The notes: a model not told the origin generated them from the letters alone. Counted from the stretch's first letter, positions 1-11,777 are shown. The stretch is DNA of 64,000 bases from Zootoca vivipara (GCF_963506605.1 NC_083276.1:22382001-22446000), one strand, 5' to 3'. Numbers and translations are program-made.

Positions 1-2779
1 ACAAGAATAAATATCGACATCCTGGGCATCAGTGAACTAAAATGGAAGGGAATGGGCGAATTCAGTTCGGGTGACTATCATATCTACTACTGTGGGCAAG
101 AATCCCGTAGAAGAAATGGAGTGGCCCTTATAGTCAACAAAAGAGTGGCAAAAGCTGTAATGGGATGCAATCTCAAAAAAGGCCGGAATGATCTCGATAC
201 GAATCCAAGGCAGACCTTTTAACATCACAGTAATCCAGGTTTATGCACCAACTACCGGTGCTGAAGAAAGTGAAATTGACCAGTTCTATGAAGACTTACA
301 ACACCTTCTAGAAATGACACCAAAGAAGGATGTTCTCCTCATTACAGGGGATTGGAATGCTAAAGTAGGGAATCAAGAGATAAAAGGAACAACTGGCAAG
401 TTTGGCCTTGGAGTTCAAAATGAAGCAGGGCAAAGGCTAATAGAGTTCTGTCCAGAGAACAAGCTGGTCATCACAAACACTCTCTTCCAACAACACAAGA
501 GACGACTCTACACATGGATATCACCAAATGGGCAGCATCGAAATCAGATTGATTATATTCTCTGCAGCCAAAGATGGAGAAGCTCTATACAGTCAGCAAA
601 AACAAGGCCTGGAGCTGACTGTAACTCAGATCATCAGCTTCTTATAGCAAAATTCCAGCTTAAACTGAAGAAAGTAGGAAAAACCACTGGGCCAGTAAGA
701 TACAATCTGAATCAAATCCCTTATGAATACACAGTGGAAGTGAGGAACAGGTTTAAGGATTTAGATTTGGTGGACAGAGTGCCTGAAGAACTATGGATGG
801 AGGCTCGTAACATTATACAGGAGGCAGCAACGAAAACCATCCGAAGGAAAAGGAAATGCAAGAAAGCAAAATGGCTGTCCAACGAGGCCTTACAAATAGC
901 GGAGGAGAGGAGGCAAGCAAAATGCAAGGGAGATAGGGAAAGATACAGGAAACTGAATGCAGATTTCCAAAAAAAAGCAGCAAGGAGAGACAAGAGGGTC
1001 TTCTTAAATGAGCAATGCAAAGAAATAGAGGAAAACAATAGAATGGGGAAAACCAGAGATCTGTTCAAGAAAATTGGAGATATGAAAGGAACATTTCGTA
1101 CAAAGATTACCATAATAAAGGACAAAAGTGGTAAGGACCTAACAGAAGCAGAAGACATCAAGAAGAGGTGGCAAGAATACACAGAGGAATTATACCAGAA
1201 AGATATGGAGGTCTCGTACACCCCAGGTAGTGTGGTTGCTGACCTTGAGCCAGACATCTTGGAGAGTGAAGTCAAATGGGCCTTAGAAAGCACTGCTAAT
1301 AACAAGGCCAGTGGAAGTGATGATATTCCAGCTGAACTATTTAAAATTTTAAAAGATGATGCTGTTAAGGTGCTACACCCAATATGCCAGCAAGTTTGGA
1401 AAACTCAGCAATGGCCAGAGGATTGGAGAAGATCAGTCTACGTCCCAATTCCAAAGAAGGGCAGTGCCAAAGAATGCTCCAACTACCGCACAATTGCTGC
1501 GCTCATTTCACACGCTAGCAAGGTTATGCTTAAAATTCTACAAGGCAGGCTTAGGCAGTATGTGGACCGAGAACTCCCAGAAGTGCAAGCTGGATTTTGA
1601 AAGGACAGAGGAACCAGAGACCAAATAGCAAACATGCGCTGGATTATGGAGAAAGCTAGAGAGTTCCAGAAAAACGTCTACTTCTGCTTCATTGACTATG
1701 CAAAAGCCTTTGACTGTGTCGACCACAGCAAACTATGGCAAGTTCTTAAAGAAATGGGAGTGCCTGATCACCTCATCTGTCTCCTGAGAAATCTCTATGT
1801 GGGACAAGAAGTGACAGTTAGAACTGGATATGGAACAACTGATTGGTTCAAAATTGGGAAAGGAGTACGACAAGGTTGTATATTGTCTCCCTGCTTATTT
1901 AACTTATATGCAGAATTCATCATGCGAAAGGCTGGACTAGATGAATCCCAAGCCGGAATTAAGATTGCCGGAAGGAATATCAACAACCTCAGATATGCAG
2001 ATGACACAACCTTGATGGCAGAAAGCGAGGAGGAAGTAAAGAACCTTTTAATGAGGGTGAAAGAGGAGAGCGCAAAATATGGTCTGAAGCTCAACATCAA
2101 AAAAACCAAGATCATGGCCACTGGTCCCATCACCTCCTGGCAAATGGAAGGGGAAGAAATGGAGGCAGTGAGAGATTTTACTTTCTTGGGCTCCTTGATC
2201 ACTGCAGATGGTGACAGCAGTCACGAAATTAAAAGACGCCTGCTTCTTGGGAGAAAAGCAATGACAAACCTAGACAGCATCTTAAAAAGCAGAGACATCA
2301 CCTTGCCGACAAAGGTCTGTATAGTTAAAGCTATGGTTTTCCCAGTAGTGATGTATGGAAGTGAGAGCTGGACCATAAAGAAGGCTGATTGCCGAAGAAT
2401 TGATGCTTTTGAATTATGGTGCTGGAGGAGACTCTTGAGAGTCCCATGGACTGCAAGACGATCAAACCTATCAATTCTTAAGGAAATCAGCCCTGAGTGC
2501 TGCCTGGAAGGACAGATCGTGAAGCTGAGGCTCCAATACTTTGGCCACCTCATGAGAAGAGAAGAATCCTTGGGAAAGACCCTGATGTTGGGAAAGATTG
2601 AGGGCACTAGGAGAAGGGGACGACAGAGGACGAGATGGTTGGACAGTGTTCTCGAAGCTACGAACATGAGTTTGACCAAACTGCGGGAGGCAGTGGAAGA
2701 CAGGAGTGCCTGGCGTGCTATGGTCCATGGGGTCACGAAGAGTCGGACACGACTAAACGACTAAACAACAACAACAACA
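1..2779 (+). mobile_element. BovB (RTE-clade) LINE, 5' end outside window; APE endonuclease + reverse transcriptase, inactivated
   Basis: APE motifs (DILGISELKW in frame 1 from base 1, QVYAPT, GDWNAKVG, NQIDYIL, SDH) and RT motifs (FIDYAKAFD, GVRQGCILSP, LRYADD). C-terminus AMVHGVTKSRTRLND and (CAA)n tail at 2765-2779. One frameshift near 175-187 and one in-frame TGA at 1598-1600. Confidence 0.96.
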
Positions 2780-3839
2780 GGATGATGATGCATTGCAATA
2801 AAGGAGGAACTAAATTTCCTTTTTAAAACTGATATGGGATTTTGTGTGTTAGAAGGAGGAAATGCTTTGTTTGAAAGGGGGAAAAGTTTGTAAATTTGCA
2901 GGGATGGGTGCAGGATATTCTGTCATATACAGCTTCCATTTATGGATTGTTGTGAATCGTTCGGAGCACTGCAGAAGTCTTCACATTCTGACAAGCCAAA
3001 CTTGAAGTTTTGTACTGCAGCTTTACTGCAAAGTCCAGTGTCCAAGTCTGCTGTCAATCCTACTGTTTAATTTCATGTTACTGTTGCTCAGGTTTATTTG
3101 ACCTTGGAGAAGAGGCTATTTTTATATGGTTGAGACATGCAATTCTTGCGCTCATTTGGTCCCTCATTTATTTCCCTTTATTTAGCAGTAATGGGAATGC
3201 ATTTTTTATGAGAAAAAAATGACGAGAGGTTCATTCTCATTTTAAGAAAGACTAGTGAATTAAATTTTGTGGTACCCTTCTGCTCAACTTGCTACCTCTC
3301 CTGTAAACCTTGTACTGTTGAAAATTAAAGTTGGTTGTAAAGTTGTTTTCAGAACAAGTGTATATTAAAGAGATGCCATCCTGTTCTTTACTTTTCCATT
3401 TCAGCATTATGGTTGCTTTACATTTCTGAGGGATGGGAGGGATTTTTGTTCAGCCCAGATTTATATTCTGGATGATTCTAGAATAATAGCTACAACAGCA
3501 GCAAGATAACAAACATCGCTTTGGTGACCAGTGACAAATTTATTGCAATCTGGGCATATCTGGGGTGCAGACTGTGAAAGCTCAAATGCCAGCAAACCAT
3601 TTGGCCTTTCTCGTGTGCCAGTGTATTTTGCCTACATGTTATGTTTTGGATTTGAGGAAATAGTATTTTTTGTGTGATCGAGAGTAAAAAGTTACTTGAT
3701 CTTTACAAAAGTGGATAAATCAACTTTAGTAACTGGGCAGGTGTTGGGGGGGATGGGACTGATGCTTCCTTAAAAAGTATTAAATGTCAACATATTAGCT
3801 GGAAATACTATTTCTGTGGAATTCTGTGTATACATACAG

Positions 3840-3918
3840 GAATTTGACAAGAGGAGTCGGTAGATTTAGAGAGATCCTACGAGCTGTTGAAACAAGAACT
3901 ACACAAAATTTACGCATG
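3840..3918 (+). CDS. TTC7B: TTC7B exon (~6), 79 bp
   Basis: tacag|G AAT TTG...CGC ATG|gtaagt; NLTRGVGRFREILRAVETRTTQNLRM. Confidence 0.95.
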
Positions 3919-4459
3919 GTAAGTTTTCATAACTACAATTAACTACAAATAGTTTAAAATGGATAATAAGTGATTATTTTAGTCTGCAATTTTATACATT
4001 TCTGTTTGGCAGTAAGCCCCTATTGAACACATTGAAAAGTGGGTTGTTGTTGTTGTTTTTTGAAAAGTGGGACTTTTCATAAGAATGCACTGTAGTAATA
4101 CTGTATTTGATGTATTGTAGTGCAATGACCCTTGCTGTAACCAGCAGATAAAAATATTATTATGTTACAGTTGGTGGTTAACATGCACGCCTGTACAAGC
4201 TTATAATAAAAGTTAACAATTCAGAGAAGAACCTTGACCAGCATTTACTATTTATTAGAATGTTGAAAAGTGGGATCTGCATTTATTAACTGTTAAGAGG
4301 CTCCAGTTAAATTAAATAACCATGCAGTGTGAAGTACCTCTGTTCATGTTGCTAGCCACTCCATTCCTTCACTCTCATCCCCTAACTTTCTGGGCCCTCC
4401 CAACAGCCACCCTTCCATGCACATTGAATGTTACCTAAAAACATGAAAAACTCTTCTAG

Positions 4460-4562
4460 GTTAGGCTAATGACCCATGTAGTTCAGCATCCTGTTCTTAC
4501 ATTGGCCAGCCCATGGGAGGACCTGGATGCAGTAACACTCTCCCCACCTGCAGTTCCCATAC
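4460..4562 (-). mobile_element. Degraded CR1/L3-type LINE 3' fragment; probably resumes at ~7340-7395
   Basis: Similar to the CR1-type fragment at 42937-43470 (cagcatcctgttctyac...ggccag...cccatggga). Confidence 0.5.
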
Positions 4563-4586
4563 TGGGTGGAATTCTTCAGAGCACTA

Positions 4587-7160
4587 CCGTGTTTCTCATA
4601 TTTTAAGGCATCCCCAAAAAATAAGCCATGACAGGATTTCTAAGGGTTGGTGAAAAATAAGACATACCCCGAAAATAAGCCATGTCGTGTAGCCCCGACC
4701 GAGCGAGAGGCGAACGCGCGGGACCCAGCAGGAGCTCCCTGCCTGCTTCCCCGAGCCGTCGCGCATCGGGGGACAGAGCCGAAGATCGGCGGGCGCTCCT
4801 TGCTGGGCTTGACAAGCCCGGGAAACAGCGCCCGCCGATCTTCGGACCTGTGCTGTGTGACAGGCAGGGGTGGGGGGAAGCGGAGATCGTTCTCCGCTCT
4901 CCCCCCACCCCCGCCTGTCACCAAAGATCGGCGGGCGCTCCTTGCTGGGCTTGACAAGCCCGGCAAACAGCGCCCGCCGATCTTCGGACCTGTCCTGTGT
5001 GACAGGCGGGGGTGGGGTGGGGAAGCGGAGATCGTTCTCCGCTCTCCCCCCACCCCCGCCTGTCACCAAAGATCGGCGGGCGCTGTTTGCCGGGCTTGTC
5101 AAGCCCAGCAAGGAGCGCCCGCCGATCTTCGGACCTGTCCTGTGTGACAGGCGGGGGGGGGAAGCGGAGATCGTTCTCCGCTCTCCCCCCACCCCCGCCT
5201 GTCACCAAAGATCGGCGGGCGCTCCTTGCTGGGCTTGACAAGCCCGGCAAACAGCGCCCGCCGACCTGTGCTGTGTGACAGGCGGGGGTGGGGGGGAAGC
5301 GGAGATCGTTCTCCGCTCTCCGCCCACCCCCGCCTGTCACCGAAGATCGGCGGGGGCTGTTTGCTGGGCTTGACAAGCCCGGCAAACAGCGCCCGCCGAT
5401 CTTCGGACCTGTCCTGTGTGACAGGCGGGGGTGGGGGGGAAGCGGAGATCGTTCTCCGCTCTCCCCCCACCCCCGCCTGTCACCAAAGATCGGCAAACAG
5501 CGCCCGGCAAACAGCGCCCGCCGATCTTCGGACCTGTCCTGTGTGACAGGCGGGGGTGGGGGGGAAGCGGAGATCGTGCTCCGCTCTCCCCCCATCCCCG
5601 CCTGTCACCGAAGATCGGCGGGCGCTCCTAGCTGGGCTTGACAAGCCCGGCAAACAGCGCCCGCCGACCTGTGCAGTGTGACAGGCGGGGGTGGGGGGGG
5701 AGCGGAGATTGTTCTCCGCTCTCCCCCGCCTGTCACCGAAGATCGGCGGGCGCTGTTTGCTGGGCTTGACAAGCCCGGCAAACAGCGCCTGCCGATCTTC
5801 GGACCTGTCCTGTGTGACAGGCGGGGGTGGGGGGGAAGCGGAGATCGTTCTCCGCTCTCCCCCCACCCCCGCCTGTCACCGAAGATCGGCGGGCGCTGTT
5901 TGCTGGGCTTGACAAGCCCGGCAAACAGCGCCTGCCGATCTTCGGACCTGTCCTGTGTGACAGGCGGGGGTGGGGGGGAAGTGGAGATCGTTCTCCGCTC
6001 TCCCCCCACCCCCGCCTGTCACCGAAGATCGGCGGGCGCTGTTTGCTGGGCTTGACAAGCCCGGCAAACAGCGCCCGCCGATCTTCGGACCTGTCCTGTG
6101 TGACAGGCGGGGGTGGGGGGGAAGCGGAGATAGTTCTCCGCTCTCCCCCCACCCCCGCCTGTCACCAAAGATCGGCGGGCGCTCCTTGCTGGGCTTGACA
6201 AGCCCGGCAAACAGCGCCCGCCGATCTTCGGACCTGTCCTGTGTGACAGGCGGGGGTGGGGGGGAAGCGGAGATCGTGCTCCGCTCTCCCCCCACCCCCG
6301 CCTGTCACCAAAGATCGGCGGGCGCTGTTTGCTGGGCTTGACAAGCCCGGCAAACAGCGCCCGCCGACCTGTGCTGTGTGACAGGCGGGGGTGGGGGAGA
6401 AGCGGAGATCGTTCTCCGCTCTCCCCCCATCCCCGCCTGTCACCGAAGATCGGCGGGCGCTCCTAGCTGGGCTTGACAAGCCCAGCAAACAGCGCCCGCC
6501 GACCTGTGCTGTGTGACAGGCGGGGGTGGGGGGGAAGCGGAGATCGTTCTCCGCTCTCCGCCCACCCCCGCCTGTCACCGAAGATCGGCGGGCACTGTTT
6601 GCTGGGCTTGACAAGCCCGGCAAACAGCGCCCGCCGATCTTCGGACCTGTCCTGTGTGACAGGCGGGGGTGGGGGGGGAAGCGGAGATCGTTCTCCGCTC
6701 TCCCCCCACCCCCGCCTGTCACCAAAGATCGGCGGGCCCTCCTTGCTGGGCTTGACAAGCCCGGCAAACAGCGCCCGCCGATCTTCGGACCTGTCCTGTG
6801 TGACAGGCGGGGGTGGGGGAGAAGCGGAGATCGTTCTCCGCTCTCCCCCCATCCCCGCCTGTCACCGAAGATCGGCGGGCGCTCCTAGCTGGGCTTGACA
6901 AGCCCGGCAAACAGCGCCCGCCGACCTGTGCTGTGTGACAGGCGGGGGTGGGGGGGAAGCGGAGATCGTTCTCCGCTCTCCGCCCACCCCCGCCTGTCAC
7001 CGAAGATCGGCAGGCGCTGTTTGCTGGGCTTGACAAGCCCGGCAAACAGCACCCGCGTGCACTTTATTAAAAAATAAGACATCCCTCAAAAATAAGCCAT
7101 GTCGTGTTTTTTTGAAGAAAAAATTAATATAAGACATGACTTATAATATGAGAAACACGG
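4587..7160. mobile_element. Non-autonomous Tc1/mariner-superfamily (Tc2-like) DNA transposon with internal palindromic tandem array, copy 1 (2574 bp)
   Basis: TA on both sides (4585-86, 7161-62). TIR CCGTGTTTCTCATATT(T/A)TAAG, 20/21 match. Subterminal AAAATAAG(A/C)CAT motifs. No transposase. Confidence 0.92.
4779..7056. repeat. GC-rich tandem array, ~16.5 units of mostly 135-144 bp, each with two long palindromes
   Basis: 17 hairpin-A positions (cttgacaag centre; one inverted, one deleted) alternate with 16 hairpin-B (gcggagatcgttctccgc). Confidence 0.95.
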
Positions 7161-7162
7161 TA

Positions 7163-7343
7163 AGGATTTATGCTTGCCTGACGGAACAATCTCCCCTCTC
7201 CTCCTCCTGTGTGTGCTGTTCTGGGGATCTCTTGATCCTCCAAAGCGGATTTGGGGGGAGGTGGGGAGGAAGAACGCCCTGTTGTGCTAGTGGAAGTCCT
7301 TGCAGTGGCTTCCATTATCGGAACAGGGTAGCTGAATCCAGCC
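7163..7343 (+). repeat. Unclassified dispersed repeat (host of transposon copy 1); homologs at 9221-9415 (-) and 25206-25425 (+)
   Basis: Shared blocks gcttgcc(a/t)ga..gaacaa..ccyctctcct...ttctggg...gcac/taagtggaagtcct. Confidence 0.7.
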
Positions 7344-8447
7344 AACTGCCTCCAAAACTAGAAGTGGAGCATAACCATTCATAGCCTCCGTGAATTCTCA
7401 GTGGCCTGCTTTTTGGTGGGGTGGTGGTCCTGCTAAGTTTTTTTTGGGGGGGGGGTATTTCTTGTCATCTTGGGGTTGTCCGATGCCTGTTGATAGTGGG
7501 ACTACTATGGATGGACTTCTGGGCACAACTCTGGGGCCCCACACATCCCAGGAGCTCATGAACAGCCCTGGACATGCCCTAGAGGTGCTAGATATCTGCC
7601 ATTTTGATATTTAAAATTTATGAGCCCATGGCAGAAGTGGTGTGAGCTCTGCCAATGAGATTCCACCTTTGGGGGTGTGAGGCAAATGAGAGCAGGAAGT
7701 GGGTGGGCTGAGGAGGCTTGACCTGTCCCCTTGCTACTCAGATGGCCTCGGGAGCCCCACAAAGCAGACATCTCATTGGCTGAACTTGCTGCCACTCTCC
7801 CCCTGTGGGGGTTAGGAAACGCATGGACCCTCAGAGGATTTGGTCAGCGCAGCGCTTCACAATGTGCCATCCATCAGTCTTGCCTCACTTGCGAGCTTTG
7901 CTCACCCAGCTAGCTAGCCAGGCACAGAGGGAGAAGTTCTGGTCCACCACTACTGACACAAACATGGGAAAGTTTTTAAAAGTAAGGTGGGAAAAGGATG
8001 GAGTGGCCAGAGGATGGAATGCACTGTCTCTGGCGCCTTCTTCAAACCTGGCACCATCTCTGCCCACATGTAGAGTGACCTCATAGCTGTGTAAGGATCC
8101 ACACTGGGAGAATGAGCTACCTGTTAGTGTATCTTTCATCAGCTGCTCTTTTAAACCTTGGTTGATTCTGTTGGGAACTTTGTTTTTGTTAGCCAGTTTC
8201 ATTCTAATATGTATTACAGTGACATCGTATGTTAATTTACTATTATAAGAAGGTATAGAATACGTTGAGCAAAATGCAATATGTTGATGGCACATTCCGT
8301 TGTTGTACCGAAGTTACGTGTCGCAATTGTTTGTTTTGCTTCGTGCTCATAAGCCTAATTTTACAGAGTTTTCCTTACGTCCCTACTGCGGCAGTCTGTT
8401 TTTTGTACACCCTTAACTTCCCTGGAAATACTTTTCCTTGTTGACAG

Positions 8448-8620
8448 ACAATAGCAAGACAGCTAGCTGAAATCTTGCTACGAGGCATGTGTGAACAAAG
8501 TTACTGGAATCCACTGGACGACCCTCCTTACGAGTCACCCCTGAATGACCCCCTATGGAAAGGTGCAAATACTAAGAGTTATGCGCTTAGCAGAAGACCA
8601 CGGGTGTACTCTGGAGAAAA
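8448..8620 (+). CDS. TTC7B: TTC7B exon (~7), 173 bp
   Basis: ttgacag|ACA ATA GCA...GGA GAA AA|gtaagc; TIARQLAEILLRGMCEQSYWNPL...RPRVYSGE. Confidence 0.95.
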
Positions 8621-9220
8621 GTAAGCTTTTTGTTTATGATAATGATGATTTTTTAAATCCGTTACTATGAATTGCAACAGTATTGCTGATACAGTATATA
8701 AATTGGGCTGATAAAATGGAATGGTGGAGAACAAAATCCATACTTTCTGGTTTGTGTTAAAGCTATTTGGATATTATGCCTGTTTTGTTGAGAGATGCTT
8801 TAAGTGGGCTGCAGTGTACTAGCTTAAAAAGTTGGAGTCCTCCAGTGGCATGGTCTTAGTTTGGCACTGCCTTTCTCTCTCTTTAAAATCGCCAAAAAGT
8901 GGTAGCTTATATCTCCCCTGCCTCCCGGTCACCTGCTTGTCGAATTAGAATAGTATGAACATCTTCAGAAGTGTTTTCTTGGCAGGTCCCACCATTTTTT
9001 TAACATCATGCAGAAGTTTTTCCTACCTTAGAACTTTTTTTGGAGCTTTAGAATTTTTACCTGCCTTGAGCCTTTGTTCCATGAAGTAATGAAACAATCC
9101 AATAATTAAATTTCTAATTGTTATTGCTGTAGTGCAACGTTGTTGATCATTTTCATGTGCTGTGACCTGCTCCAATAGCATGTAGGAGGCCTTCTAAAAT
9201 GATAAAGCATTTAAGTTCCC

Positions 9221-9415
9221 AGGACTTCCACTTGTGCAATGGGACTGTCCCATCTCTCCTCCCCCCCCCCCCAATCTCCCAGATTGGCTCTGGTTGGTTG
9301 GGAGAACCCCAGAACAACACACAGCGGGAAGGAGAGGGGGGTTGTTCAGTCTGGCAAGCTGAAAGGCTTGTGCAGAGGGAACGACTGGAAGAGCACAACG
9401 TTGAGTTACACCCAC
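9221..9415 (-). repeat. Inverted copy of the unclassified repeat at 7163-7343
   Basis: Reverse complement aligns by eye with 7170-7300. Confidence 0.65.
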
Positions 9416-10211
9416 AGTGCTTACGAAAAGGTATCCAAGTTCGAATAGTAAAGAAAAGCTGATGTGTAGCTGTTTTCTAGGCGTTGTTTCGGAACAGCAG
9501 GAGAGCAATTAAAATGACAATTCTTCCAGTCTCTTATTAGCGATAATGAAAACATCGAAATGTGTGTTCAAAAATATTTCACAAGAATAATTAGCAAAGC
9601 CATTGCAGAAACTATTCTTACAGTACAGGGACTGGACCTGTATTTATGTTGCTTTGAGCTGGGTAGAGATTTTCAAATGGAGAAACTTGCAGGGGAAAAT
9701 TGGTTCTAAGCATTTCCCTTAGCTTTGGTCTGAAAGATTTCCCCGAGCATGTTTAAATGCACTCACTTGCATTTGCTATCATTTGGCACTTTGGACTTGG
9801 TAAGCGGAGTGAAATTTGTTCTATCCGACTTTTTTTGATATACTGAATTATGCATAGAGTAGAATATTAGTGAAGCATTTCCTTAAAGGCGTAACGAAAG
9901 TAAATTCCCAGAAGAAGAAGAAATGTTCTTCTGGTCTTCCTTTCCTTGTTACATAAAGAAGTTTCCCCCCCTATATTTAATACCTCTGAGGATTCCTAAA
10001 TAGCTGCATCCCTTGATCTTTGCTAATATTATGGGAAGGGAGGAAAAAGCAAGAACAGAACTACAGGAAGTAGGTCTTACACCAGATAGGACTATTTGTC
10101 ATTGAAGCCTTATACTGCATACTCTGGCAGGTAGCATCTTTCTAGGATCTTGGGCAGAAGTAGGAATAGTGGTAAAACTTTTTGGGCTGCACTTTCAAGT
10201 GAATTGATCTA

Positions 10212-10248
<37 letters not shown>

Positions 10249-10616
10249 AAGAATATCCCACCCATCTGGCTGGGTTTCCCCAGCCACTCTGGGCGGCTCC
10301 CAACAGAATATTAAAAACACGATAAAACATCAAACATAAAAAAAAAACATACCTTCAGATGTCTTCTAAAAGTCAGATAGCTGTTTATTTCCTTGACATC
10401 TGATGGGAGGGCATTCCACAGGGTGGGTGCCACCACCGAGAAGGCCCTCTTCCTGGTTCCCTGTAAAATCACTTCTCGCAGTGAGGGAACCCCTGAAGAT
10501 CCTCGGAGCTGGACCTCAGTGTCCAGACTAAACAATGGGTGTGGAGACGCTCCTTCAGGTATACTGGACCGAGGCTGTTTAGGGCTTTAAAGGTCAGCAC
10601 CAACACTTTGAATTGT
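10212..10616 (-). mobile_element. L2-type LINE 3' fragment with (CAT)n tail
   Basis: Minus-strand peptide RAFSVVAPTLWNALP...FRRHLK is typical of the L2 ORF2 C-terminus. Sister copies at 48137 and 55591. Confidence 0.85.
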
Positions 10617-10944
10617 TTGCACCTCCTGCACCGATACGCATGCAATAGAGATTCAGCAGCAGCCTTCTATTTTAACTTTTAAACTCCTGTTGAAAACTTC
10701 TATTCCACCAGGCCTACGCAAGCAATTGAGAATACATCTTTCCACAATAGTTAATTGATGTCTGCTTTTAACTTTTCAAAATATAGTTTTATGTCTTTTT
10801 GTTGTAAACCGCTTTGATATTTTTAATGAAATAGTGGTCTATAAATATTTTATAAATAAATAAAATACATTTAGAAATGTGCACATTGAGATAAGATGCA
10901 TATATAAATATTATGTTGTGCTAAAAGATGTATAAAGATAAACC

Positions 10945-11184
10945 AAGTCATACCTTGGTTTTCAAACAGCTTAGTTCTCAAACTTTTGGCTCCCAGACGT
11001 TGCAAACCCGGAAGTGACTGTTCTGGTTTACGAACTATTTTTGGAAGCCTAATGTCTGCCGGGGCTTCTGATTGGCTGCAGGAGCTTCCTGCATCCAATC
11101 AGATGCTGCACTTTGGTTTTCAAACATTTTGGAAGTCAAATGGACTTCCAGAACGGATTCCATTAGACTTCCAAGGTATGACTG
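10945..11184 (+). mobile_element. Tigger/pogo-like MITE
   Basis: Ends (c)agtcataccttgg ... ccaaggtatgactg followed by TA. Internal palindrome ctgattggctgcagga..tcctgcatccaatcag. Family members at 33144 and 43099. Confidence 0.85.
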
Positions 11185-11777
11185 TAGGTAGTTCAATACC
11201 AATTTTCATACAGATTTTTTTAAATGTTCAGATTAATGTAGAAATGAGGTAGAATGGACAGGAATAAACACATGTAAAATTGACGTGGACCAGAAATAAA
11301 GTGGTCCTCAGACAGAGGTCTTTCCTATCACCTGTTTCTTGATCTTTTTAAACTGGAGATATCAGTGACTGACAAGTGCCTAGGACCAGTGATGCAAAGC
11401 ACTGAGTTATGGACCCTCCCCATATCACTCAGTCACTCAATAAAAGGAATTGGTTTTGTACCTCTGAAAACTCAGTAGTGTGGGCCAGTGTAGAAACATC
11501 ATCATGTAATTTAATCTGAGTTTATTGTTTCTTCAGTGGGCATTCCACAAAGTTCTGTCTATCTCAGGAGCATTCCCCTTGCTCCTGCCAACCTTCCATA
11601 TTCCCAATTAAGCAGAAAAATGACTGGTGTTGTAGATTTTCTAAGAAAGAATATAATAATGCAAAGTGGCTCAAGCAAATTAATGTTATTAAGAGTTTGG
11701 AGTGCAGCTAAAATGCAAGGTATTGCGATCCAAATATAAGAAGCCTAGAGAGCAAATTCAGTGTTGGCTATTGAGTG

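Noticed and set aside
721-2736. Antisense ORFs over BovB
   Set aside because: Shadow frames of the LINE ORF.
4779-7056. Hammerhead ribozyme or retrozyme array
   Set aside because: No CUGANGA/GAAA core found in the unit, and the boundaries are those of a DNA transposon.
4596-7082. Dozens of overlapping Pro/Gly/Arg-rich ORFs on both strands (also 27080-30591, up to 415 aa)
   Set aside because: By-product of a GC-rich, stop-poor palindromic repeat. The unit length shifts frame each time and there is no transposase or other domain.
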